From assembly GCA_964495075.1 (NCBI GenBank), contig CAZBUJ010000004.1:13755-77754 (forward strand): a DNA stretch of 64,000 bases. The letters are read 5' to 3'. Below the pieces are notes generated by a model. That model made no database searches and was not told the DNA's origin. It saw only the letters and a list, made by a program, of their open reading frames with translations. Source of the stretch: an uncultured Phycisphaeraceae bacterium (GTDB lineage Bacteria > Planctomycetota > Phycisphaerae > UBA1845). Shown piece after piece: positions 17,675-26,122 of the stretch. Position numbers and translations under genes: made by a program. Position 1 is the first letter of the stretch; every line of letters starts with the position of its first letter.

Positions 17675-20600
17675 TCAGGGCCTCCCGAAGTTCTTCTGGC
17701 ACACGCTCAAGTCCGCCAGGTCGATCCGCAGGTCATCGTTGAAATCGAAGTCCGTGCAGAAGTGCCCGGGCGGGAAGCTGTACTCCGGTCCGACGAAGCA
17801 GAAGTCCATCTCCACGTAGTCATCGAGATCCACGTCGCCGTCATGATCGTTGTCACAATCGAGCGGGCCGATCTGGTACTCGAGGTACAGGATGACCCGC
17901 TCCAAGACCGCCGCCCGGTCGTCGGCCGAACTGATCGTCTCGAACGGGAAGCCGAACGTCACGACGCGGTAGATGCCGTTGTTGTCGAATTCGACGGCCG
18001 CGCCGCCGCCGGTTCCACCTACGTAGGACAGTGACTCGAATCCGTCGGGGCGGGCGCTGATCTGGTCGGGCGACTCCACGTTGTAACGGGCCCCGTTGGC
18101 GGGATCGAAGTCGAACGACGCAATGGGGGCGAAGATGCCGCCCGGCACGCCGGTTACTTCATACGTCCCGGCGTCATTCGCGACGTAGTTGGCCCGCAGC
18201 GAGATCTCGTAGAACGAACGGCCTTCTTCCTGGTTGTCCAGGTACCAGGCCAGCTCCGCCCCCGAGAGGAACAGGTTTCCGCCCTGATCCAGGTATGCGT
18301 TGATGCGAGTCTGTTCGGCCGGCGTGATGGTCGGGTCGGCCACGTCGCTGTCCCAGTTCAGCTTCGTGCCTTGCTCGCCGCTGACCCAGATCGCGATGTC
18401 GTAGTCGGAGAGGGCGACGTCGTCGTCCACGACGGCTCTGCTGTCGCACGAAGCGAAGCTCCGGTCGATCGCGGCGAGGGCCTCGGCGTACTGGATCACG
18501 TAATCGTACGCGTTGTTGTCGCGCCACTTGGGACGATCCATCTCGTCGCCCGCGTAGGCGGCCGGCTGCGTGAGGATCTGCCGCGGGTCCTGCTGACGCC
18601 GCATCTGATCGAAGTCGTTGACGATCATGATCCGTGCATTGCCCTCGGTTGGGCGGCGGACGGCGAGCACCGCCGACGGCATCGATTCGCCACCGGCGTT
18701 GGTGGCGGCGATACGGAAGTATCGAATCTCGCCGACGGGGATGTCGGAGATGGTGTGCGTCTGCACGTCGCCCAGGACGATGGGATCGCCGAACCCGTAC
18801 CCGTTCGTCGACTGGTAAATGACGTAGCCGGTCGCCGGGTCGCCCCGGGCCTCATCACTGAGCGGTGGCGCCCACGTGAGGACGATGTCGCCGCCGCCCG
18901 CGTCCGCGACGGCTACGTTGCGCGGCGTGTCCGGCGCGAAGGCCAGCGGCACCTGGCTGTCGGGCAGCGAGTTCAGGAACTTGATGATGCCGTGGACGCA
19001 GGCCCGGGCAGCCACCGATCGAAACCGCGGGTCTCGCAGCAACTGGGCGTCCCGTTCGTTGTCGTGGAATGCGATCTCGATGATGGTGGCGTCGAACTCG
19101 TCCCCGTTGGCCGGCGTGCAGATGGCGCCGTATTCACCAGTGAGGGTCGGGCTGGCCCGATCGAACCACTCGTGCTCGAAGTCGGTGTCGAGGATCCCCA
19201 TGTCCAAGTCGAATTCGTCCGACAGCGTTGTGGCGTATTCCTGCTGATAAAGCGTTTCGCCGAGGCTGGTGATGAGGCAGATCTGACCGCGGGCGCTGCC
19301 GGCAAAGGCGTTGGTGTGGAACTCGAGGTGGATCCGCTTCCAGCGGTCGATCGTCACGTCCGGGTCGCCCAACCCATCGAGCGGTACCACGTTCATCTCG
19401 GCCGCCCACTTGGCGCCGGTGCGGACGTTGTCGCTCCCGTCGTCGGCGTCCTCGATGTCCCAAATCCACGAATCGAACCCGACGCCGTTGTTGCCCAGCT
19501 CGCTCTGTGCCCAGTAGCGTTGCGCTTCTTCGTCACGGGGATAGCCGCTGATGACGCCCGGGCCCGGCCGGACAATGTCGCCCTCGCCACCGCCCCAGCG
19601 GATCGCATCGGCGATGATGGCTCCCTCTTCTGGCGACTCGTTGGTGATCTCGACGTAGTTGTCGCCGCCGGCCTCCAAGTAGTAGTTGCCCAGCCAGATC
19701 CAGCCGTTGCCCGTCTCGCGATGGTCGATGGTGATTTCGTTGATGCCGCCGCTGTGGGCCACGCGGTAGGTTTGCCGCGTCCGGTTCTGGCCGGCGATGG
19801 CAAAGCAGTAGACCGGATAGAAGTCGGTCACCGTGATGGTGGGCGTGTAGCGGGCGGTCGCGGTCTCGGTCGTGCTGGCTGACGACCACTTGTATGGCTC
19901 ACCCGACATGGTGACGCCGTTCTCGTAATACTTGGAGCTGCTGCCACCGCTCCATGTGCCTTCGAAGGTCACGCCCGGGTCATCCTGGTCCAGTACGATC
20001 TCGATGCTCTGCCAGCCGACGGGGCGGAAGGGCACCACGGTGGCTCCGGCGTTGAACGCGTAGTGCACGAAGTAGTTGAGCTGATCGATGTTGCCGTAGT
20101 CCTCCGCCATCTCCCACAGAACGGGGCGCTGGAGATACCAGTCGCCATCCGGCGCGGCGGTCCAGCCGTGACCGGCCGATGCGTAGACCACGACGCCCGA
20201 GAGGGCGCCGGTGGGCTGACGGGAGGCCTGCACGGTGGGACCGCCGATCCCCGAGGTCACCGCTTTCACGGGTGCGTCGCCGGCGTGATCGAACGGCCGG
20301 GGACGTTCGGCGGGCTCGGACCCGGCGGATGGCGCCGGCCGGCTGCGGTCGATTCCGAATCGTTCGAGCGATCCATAGGACGCCTCGCCGACTTGCCGAA
20401 CGCGGAGCTTCACACCACCGTATGCCGGGTCATTGGCATACGGAGCCTGAAACGTGCGTGAAAGGCGCTCCATGTCCAGCGAGGACAACCGCCATGCCGG
20501 ATCGGTCGCCTCGACCGTCAAATAGACATGGACGACATTGCCGTGCCACTCCAGGCGATCAAGCCGGGTATTGGCGGGCAATAGCGGCTGGCCAGCGTCG

Positions 20601-20749
20601 GTCTGCATCGCCATGGCCTGCTGAACACGGGTTTCCAGGCCGCCGGACGACTCCAGTCCCGCCGCTCCCGCGACGGGGGCGTAAAGGGTGACCAGCAGCG
20701 CGCAAACGAACCAGCCGACCACCACTCGCTTACTTCGTGTGTGGAACAT
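17675..20749 (-). CDS. Large secreted N-acetylmuramoyl-L-alanine amidase (Amidase_3 split by a golvesin-C-like insert) + FN3 + alpha/beta domain + dockerin/EF-hand-like tail
   Basis: Signal peptide from Met 20749. Amidase_3 residues are retained: ASAGHGW, MAEDYGN, LEFHTNAF and IIEIAFHDNERD. The insert ...QNRTRQTYRVAHSGG...GNGWIWLGNYYLEAGGDNYVEITN...AIIADAIRWG is golvesin-C-like. The FN3 segment is PRNVAVADAGGGDIVLTWAPP...YVIYQS. The tail is CDNDHDGDVDLDDY...FDFNDDLRIDLADL. Confidence 0.75.
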   Translation of the reverse strand: MFHTRSKRVVVGWFVCALLVTLYAPVAGAAGLESSGGLETRVQQAMAMQTDAGQPLLPANTRLDRLEWHGNVVHVYLTVEATDPAWRLSSLDMERLSRTFQAPYANDPAYGGVKLRVRQVGEASYGSLERFGIDRSRPAPSAGSEPAERPRPFDHAGDAPVKAVTSGIGGPTVQASRQPTGALSGVVVYASAGHGWTAAPDGDWYLQRPVLWEMAEDYGNIDQLNYFVHYAFNAGATVVPFRPVGWQSIEIVLDQDDPGVTFEGTWSGGSSSKYYENGVTMSGEPYKWSSASTTETATARYTPTITVTDFYPVYCFAIAGQNRTRQTYRVAHSGGINEITIDHRETGNGWIWLGNYYLEAGGDNYVEITNESPEEGAIIADAIRWGGGEGDIVRPGPGVISGYPRDEEAQRYWAQSELGNNGVGFDSWIWDIEDADDGSDNVRTGAKWAAEMNVVPLDGLGDPDVTIDRWKRIHLEFHTNAFAGSARGQICLITSLGETLYQQEYATTLSDEFDLDMGILDTDFEHEWFDRASPTLTGEYGAICTPANGDEFDATIIEIAFHDNERDAQLLRDPRFRSVAARACVHGIIKFLNSLPDSQVPLAFAPDTPRNVAVADAGGGDIVLTWAPPLSDEARGDPATGYVIYQSTNGYGFGDPIVLGDVQTHTISDIPVGEIRYFRIAATNAGGESMPSAVLAVRRPTEGNARIMIVNDFDQMRRQQDPRQILTQPAAYAGDEMDRPKWRDNNAYDYVIQYAEALAAIDRSFASCDSRAVVDDDVALSDYDIAIWVSGEQGTKLNWDSDVADPTITPAEQTRINAYLDQGGNLFLSGAELAWYLDNQEEGRSFYEISLRANYVANDAGTYEVTGVPGGIFAPIASFDFDPANGARYNVESPDQISARPDGFESLSYVGGTGGGAAVEFDNNGIYRVVTFGFPFETISSADDRAAVLERVILYLEYQIGPLDCDNDHDGDVDLDDYVEMDFCFVGPEYSFPPGHFCTDFDFNDDLRIDLADLSVCQKNFGRP

Positions 20750-21165
20750 GCAACTCAACCCCCAAGCAGGATTCGTGTTTGGACTTCGGTCGCTCAATCC
20801 CAGCGATCGGGCCGTACGGTTCACGGCCAACGCGACGCGATGGAGATACGTCTACATTTTTAGTGTATCGCAAGGGTGGGGCGCGCTTCAAGGTGTCAGT
20901 GCCCGATGGCGCCGTAACGGCGATTATTCTGGGACCTTGAAGGGCAGTGAGGAGTGGTCGGTCGGGGCATGCTCGATCGCGTGGCGCTGTAATTGCTGTG
21001 GTCGTTACGCGTTATGTGTCCTCGCGAAGAAGGGGTCAGGAACGTACCGGGTGTCGGCTTCTGGCGGGGTTGTCCCGGGCTTCGTGTGGTCACGGCCCGC
21101 ACACGGACGATCAGCGTATGCCGGATGGCGGAGCACGGCCCGCCGTTGTCGCGCGAGCTTGTCGG

Positions 21166-22422
21166 TCAGTCGGCGTCTTCGTACCAGAGGTGCTGCCGGA
21201 TCGTGTCGCGGCGCATCTCTCGGAGTCGCGCCCGCTCGGCGACCTTTTTCTTCGTCGCCTCATCGGTGTTCGCGTCCACCGGCGGATCCTCGGCGGACGG
21301 GAAGAATGCGCTGTAGGCGAACAGGCAGAAGTGCCCGTTGCTCTCCTCGGCCGTTCGCACGTGGCTGAGCAGGGCGTCCGGGGTGCGCAATTGCCAGGCG
21401 CCGATCCCTTGCACGACGCGGACGTTCTCCGGCGCGTGCGCCCAGTTCTCGATGCCCGCGCTGAATTCCCCCAGGTCAGTCTTGTAGTTCATCACGTAGG
21501 CGGTCTCGAGCCAGCCTTGCTTCGCCCAGTGCATGCTGTCGCGGAAGCGCTCTTTCTTCGACCGGGCCGGGTTTGTCCCCACGGAGGCCGTCAGCGGGAT
21601 GCCGGGCCGGGTCGCCTGCACCATGTCGTGAATCTCGCGCACGAGGGTGGACACCTGGTCGGTCCGCCATTGATCCCAGTGCTCCGGGTCGTCGTCCGGG
21701 GCGAGGCCGGTGGCGGCCTTGTACAGGGCGAGCGTCCGTGCATCCCGCGGGTAGTCCGGAATGACTTCGCCGGCGACGACCGGCTCGTTGGGGAAGCGAA
21801 TATAGTCGAGGTGCAGACCGTCGATCGGATACTTCTCCACGATCTCGCGGAAGACCTTGACCAGGTACGCCCGTACCTCGGGCAAGCACGGGTTCAGGCT
21901 GACGTACCATGCCCGGGTCCGGGTCCTGCCCTTCGAATCGGTCGCAGTATGGACGAGCGGCTGTCGGTGGCCGTCCTTGTCGTACCAGAACCACTCGGGA
22001 TGCGTGCAATAGAGCTGCGTCGCATCGGCGGGCTTTTCAAGTCCGCGCCAGGCGGGCATCACGTTGACGTACGCCTCGAGGAGCATGCCGCGTTGGTGGG
22101 CTTCCTGGATGGCCACGGCCAGCGGGTCGTAGCCGGGATCCTGGAAGTCGAACTGCTCGGCCCACGGTTCGTAGCTGGAGGGATAGAAGGCCGTGCCGTT
22201 GCCGCGGACCTGGAAAAGAACGGTGTTCATGCCGAGCCAGTGGCAGTTTTCGATGATCTGGACGACGTCGTCCTGCGTTTTGTAGTCCATCCGCGTGACC
22301 CAGATCGCGCGGATGTGGTCGGGTCGTTTGAGCGGGGCCTGACACCCGGTGGCCGCCAGGGCGGCGAGGAGCAGAACGGTGCCGGTCAAGCTGCGCGGTG
22401 CGCGCCGACTGAGTCTGGACAT
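21166..22422 (-). CDS. Glycosyl-hydrolase-like family 10 (GHL10/YngK-like) lipoprotein
   Basis: Met 22422 gives MSRLSRRAPRSLTGTVLLLAALAATGC (lipobox). IRAIWVTRMDYKTQDDV...GMNTVLFQVRGNGTAFYPSSYEPWAE...DPLAVAIQEAHQRGMLLEAYVNVMPAW is the GHL10 pattern. Confidence 0.8.
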   Translation of the reverse strand: MSRLSRRAPRSLTGTVLLLAALAATGCQAPLKRPDHIRAIWVTRMDYKTQDDVVQIIENCHWLGMNTVLFQVRGNGTAFYPSSYEPWAEQFDFQDPGYDPLAVAIQEAHQRGMLLEAYVNVMPAWRGLEKPADATQLYCTHPEWFWYDKDGHRQPLVHTATDSKGRTRTRAWYVSLNPCLPEVRAYLVKVFREIVEKYPIDGLHLDYIRFPNEPVVAGEVIPDYPRDARTLALYKAATGLAPDDDPEHWDQWRTDQVSTLVREIHDMVQATRPGIPLTASVGTNPARSKKERFRDSMHWAKQGWLETAYVMNYKTDLGEFSAGIENWAHAPENVRVVQGIGAWQLRTPDALLSHVRTAEESNGHFCLFAYSAFFPSAEDPPVDANTDEATKKKVAERARLREMRRDTIRQHLWYEDAD

Positions 22423-22486
22423 TGCGAAGACCCTCCGTGTGTTGAGCAGGACGCGGCCGGAATACGCGACGCCCGTTCCGAGTCCG

Positions 22487-24448
22487 TCAGGCGATGCCCG
22501 CCGTTTTTGTGTCGGTTTGGCGATGGGCCAACAGACAGCCGAATACAAACGCGATCGCGCTGCCGATCGGCGCGTACCACGGCCAGGCGACGATTATGAT
22601 TCGCACCGGATTCTCCGGATCGTCGGTTGGTTGCGTCCAGAAGCCGCGGTAATTGAGCCAGAGCATCAGGCCGATGCCGCACAGGAGGACGAATGTCTGT
22701 GGCCAGTCGCGAACCAGCAGGGCCACCACCCGTCGGCGCTGATCGCTCCAGTCCTCCAGGTCGGCCACGATCTGGGCCTCCCGTATGAGTTTCCAGATCC
22801 AGAGTGTCAATAGGATCACGGCAAATGCCCAGCAGACGCCGTGACTCCACCACTCGTGCCAGACGAGGGCGAACACCGTGACAACGGACAGCGGAGCCGA
22901 CCACATGAACCCGCGGCCGTCGATCTTGAGGGGCAGGAACGCCAGGGCGAAGCCGGCCAGCAGAGCACCGCTGGTGTACCCCACCATGGCCAGGCCCAGG
23001 TCCAGGATCGATTTGTATTTCTCGGCGATGCCCCGTGCCAGGTACGCCATGCCGCACAACACGACGCCCCAGAACACCACCATGACCCGTCCGACGAACA
23101 CCGACCGCCGGTCCTCGGCGGTGGCTTCGCCGTCTTCAGACATGGCCTCGATGTCGCCGCGGAGCTTGACGTCGATGCCTTGCCTGCGCAACTGCCATTC
23201 GCGCAGCGGATTATAAAACGCGGCCATCACCACCTGGCTCAGCGCGGTCAGAATCCCCATCAGGCTGGAGATCGCCGCCGCGAACACACCGGCGATAATC
23301 AGGCCTTTCAAGCCGAGTGGGATTCGCTCCAGGATGAAGATGGGGAAGATGCGGTCCGGCTTCTCCGTATACATCTCCAATGCCTCGCCGCGAAGCATCG
23401 GCATGTCCGGATGGCTCTCCATGGCGAGGAAGTCGGTCGGCATGTCGGCGGGCGGCGTCTGGCGGTAATAGGCGTACAAGCCGACGCCGACGAACATCAC
23501 GGTAATCGTCACGATCTGGCCGATCTGGCTGCTGATGATCGCCCACCGGGCGTCCCGTTGGTTCTTGCAGCAGAACATCCGCTGGGCGAGGAGCTGGTCG
23601 GTTCCGTAGGCGCCGAGGCCGCCCCACGTGCTGGCGATCGCCGCCGTCCAGATCGTGTACTGCCGGGCAGGGCTCAGGCTGAAGTCGAAGAACGTGAACT
23701 TGCCCCACGGACCGGACCGTTCCGCGTCCAATCCGACGCGGAAGATCTCTCCGAAGCCACCGGGCAGATGGTACGCCACCGTGCCCAGGGCGACGACGGC
23801 GCCGAGCAGAAAGACAAGGAACAGGATGACGTCGGTCCAGATGACGGTGGTGATCCCGCCGATCAGGGTCCACCCCACCGAGACTGCCCCGATCAGGATC
23901 AACGCCCAGGCCAGTTGCGGGACGTGTGTTGACGATTCCAGGTACTTCAGTTGGTCACGAAGCACGACGATCACGACTTCGGCGGTGAGGTACACCCGCG
24001 CCGACTGGCCGAGGATCCCGCCCAGCGAGAAGAGCACGCTGGTCATCGAGCGGACCCGCTCGCCCAACTGGTTGCCCATGTAGTCGTAGGGGCTGTAGAT
24101 CTCGCGCTTGTAATAGGCGGGCACGAGCACGTATCCGACGATGATCCGCGCGAGGAACGAGCCGATCACGCCGAGCTGCAGGTATTTGAAATTGCCCTCC
24201 ACATCAAGCTTGAAGACAATCGACGGGACGCTCACGAAGGTCAGGGCACTGATCTCGGTGGCGATGATCGAGCCGCTCACCGCGTACCAGGGAAGCTTGC
24301 GGCCCCCCAGGAAGAAGTCGCGGATCGACGCCTGGCGACCGGCCAGCTTGGCACCGAGGAAGGTGGTGAAGGCCAGGTAGCCGACCACCACCGCCCAGTC
24401 GATCCAGGTGAACTGCGAACTGAGCGTGGCGAGTAGTGAGCCGTCCAT
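22487..24448 (-). CDS. Sodium:solute symporter (SSS) family transporter, paralogue of 5628-7364
   Basis: IRDFFLGGRKLPWYAVSGSIIATEISALTFVSVP and many TM segments. Start at Met 24448 (MDGSLLATLSSQFTWIDWAVVVGY). It ends 64 nt upstream of the GHL10 start on the same strand. Confidence 0.85.
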   Translation of the reverse strand: MDGSLLATLSSQFTWIDWAVVVGYLAFTTFLGAKLAGRQASIRDFFLGGRKLPWYAVSGSIIATEISALTFVSVPSIVFKLDVEGNFKYLQLGVIGSFLARIIVGYVLVPAYYKREIYSPYDYMGNQLGERVRSMTSVLFSLGGILGQSARVYLTAEVVIVVLRDQLKYLESSTHVPQLAWALILIGAVSVGWTLIGGITTVIWTDVILFLVFLLGAVVALGTVAYHLPGGFGEIFRVGLDAERSGPWGKFTFFDFSLSPARQYTIWTAAIASTWGGLGAYGTDQLLAQRMFCCKNQRDARWAIISSQIGQIVTITVMFVGVGLYAYYRQTPPADMPTDFLAMESHPDMPMLRGEALEMYTEKPDRIFPIFILERIPLGLKGLIIAGVFAAAISSLMGILTALSQVVMAAFYNPLREWQLRRQGIDVKLRGDIEAMSEDGEATAEDRRSVFVGRVMVVFWGVVLCGMAYLARGIAEKYKSILDLGLAMVGYTSGALLAGFALAFLPLKIDGRGFMWSAPLSVVTVFALVWHEWWSHGVCWAFAVILLTLWIWKLIREAQIVADLEDWSDQRRRVVALLVRDWPQTFVLLCGIGLMLWLNYRGFWTQPTDDPENPVRIIIVAWPWYAPIGSAIAFVFGCLLAHRQTDTKTAGIA

Positions 24449-24726
24449 TCCTGCTCCGCTGTGGTTGTGCTGGGGACCGGGTGCGTCCCGCGCCTGACGT
24501 TGCCGGCGCCCTTCCAGCGCGTGCGCCGAGCGTGCGAGTGTCCCAGAATCAACCGTCCCTTGCAAGCAGGCGTGGCGGAGAGAACGGCCGCGTCGGGTCG
24601 GAGACTCATTCCGGTATTCCCATCCGCCGGCGATCTGCGGTATGGTGGTACCATGGCTATGGTGTGACACTCACGTTCCCATCCGGCCTGTGAATTGTGT
24701 GGAGCGACTCGACCCCGGACGGAGCC

Positions 24727-26112
24727 ATGACGACCGACAGATTGCCACGCAGCATCGGCATGTGGGGCGGGGCCGCGATCATGGTCGGCGTGATGATCGG
24801 GAGCGGGATCTTCCGGACACCGGTCAGTATCGCCAACGATATGGGTGATCCCCGGCTGATCCTCCTGCTGTGGGCCGCCGGGGGAGCCCTTTGCCTGCTC
24901 GGCGCCTTTACCTATGCCGAGCTGACCACCATGTTTCCCAAGTCGGGCGGGGTCTATGTCTTCCTGTACGAAGGGTTCGGACCGGTCGTCGCGTTTGTGT
25001 TCGGCTGGACGTACTTCCTCGTGACCCAACCGATGGCTCTCGGCGGGTTGGCCACGGTCTTCGCCGAACACCTCGTGGCCTTGCTCAAGAGCGACCCGGA
25101 CACGCCGCTGATCGGCTTCACGACGGACCGTCCCGTGGTGCTGGCCGTCACGTGTGTGACCATTCTCGGCCTGACCGCCGTCAACGTCACCGGCATGAAA
25201 CGGGGGGCGGGCATCGCCGTGGCCCTGACCGTCCTGAAGACGATCGCGCTGGCGGCGATCGTGGTGGCGGCGGCGGCGCTCATGAAGGGCGACAGCGCCA
25301 ACTTCACGCCGTTGCCCAGCCCCAAGCCGTTTTGGGTTGCCCTCGCCCCTGCGATGGCCGCGATTCTGTGGACGTACGACGGCTGGAGCGATGTCTCCGC
25401 CGTGGCGGAGGAAGTGCGGCAGCCGCAGCGACGGATCCCGCAGATTTTCTTCGTCGGAACGGTCGGCATCACGCTGCTCTATTTGGCCGTCAACGCGGTC
25501 TATATCTGGCTGATCCCGTTGCCCGAGATGGCCCGGACGTTTACGGTCGCGCCCCTGGTCATGGAGAAGGTGATCGGGTCCGGCGGTGCGATCGTCGCCG
25601 CCGCCCTTATCATGCTGTCGGTGCTGGGGTGCACGCACGGGTCGATCATCGTCGGGTCCCGCGTGGTGTTCGCCCAGGCCCGCGACCGGTTGCTTTTCGG
25701 CTTCCTGGGCCGCGTGAATCCGCGGTTCCAGACGCCGGCGATCGCCCTCTGGGGCCAGGCGCTCCTGGCGTGCACGGTCACGCTGTGGCTCAAGAGATTC
25801 GAGGCACTCATGGCGGGCTTCGTCCTGACCATGTGGATCTTCTACGGCCTGGGGGCGGCAGCGGTGATCGTGCTCCGCCTCCGCCGACCCGGCGCCGAGC
25901 GGCCGTACCGCTGCTGGGGGTATCCGGTGGTGCCGATCCTGTTTATCCTGGCGGCGATCTTTATGACGGGGTTGGGGATCTACGACTCGGCTCTCCAGAC
26001 TATTGTGTCCATGGCGGTGCTGCTGGCCGGTGTTCCCGCCTATTATGTGTGGCGGCGGTTTTTTCGCCCAGTAGCGGCCCATCACGATTCATCGGTCATG
26101 ACAGTTCAATGA
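24727..26112 (+). CDS. APC-superfamily amino acid permease
   Basis: IGMWGGAAIMVGVMIGSGIFRTP and FTYAELTTMFPKSGGVYVF are APC signatures. There are 12 hydrophobic segments. Confidence 0.85.
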   Translation: MTTDRLPRSIGMWGGAAIMVGVMIGSGIFRTPVSIANDMGDPRLILLLWAAGGALCLLGAFTYAELTTMFPKSGGVYVFLYEGFGPVVAFVFGWTYFLVTQPMALGGLATVFAEHLVALLKSDPDTPLIGFTTDRPVVLAVTCVTILGLTAVNVTGMKRGAGIAVALTVLKTIALAAIVVAAAALMKGDSANFTPLPSPKPFWVALAPAMAAILWTYDGWSDVSAVAEEVRQPQRRIPQIFFVGTVGITLLYLAVNAVYIWLIPLPEMARTFTVAPLVMEKVIGSGGAIVAAALIMLSVLGCTHGSIIVGSRVVFAQARDRLLFGFLGRVNPRFQTPAIALWGQALLACTVTLWLKRFEALMAGFVLTMWIFYGLGAAAVIVLRLRRPGAERPYRCWGYPVVPILFILAAIFMTGLGIYDSALQTIVSMAVLLAGVPAYYVWRRFFRPVAAHHDSSVMTVQ

Positions 26113-26122
26113 AAGCATCGAG

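Noticed and set aside
22487-24670. Long N-terminal extensions of track ORFs. Examples: 22487..24670, 13778..15595, 52237..53397, 53155..55857, 36498..38594, 33160..36327, 16390..17586 and 42913..46887.
   Set aside because: The extensions are Arg/Gly/Pro-rich and lack homology-like sequence. Internal Met or GTG codons sit directly before signal peptides or conserved N-termini, often behind an SD, so the shorter starts were used.
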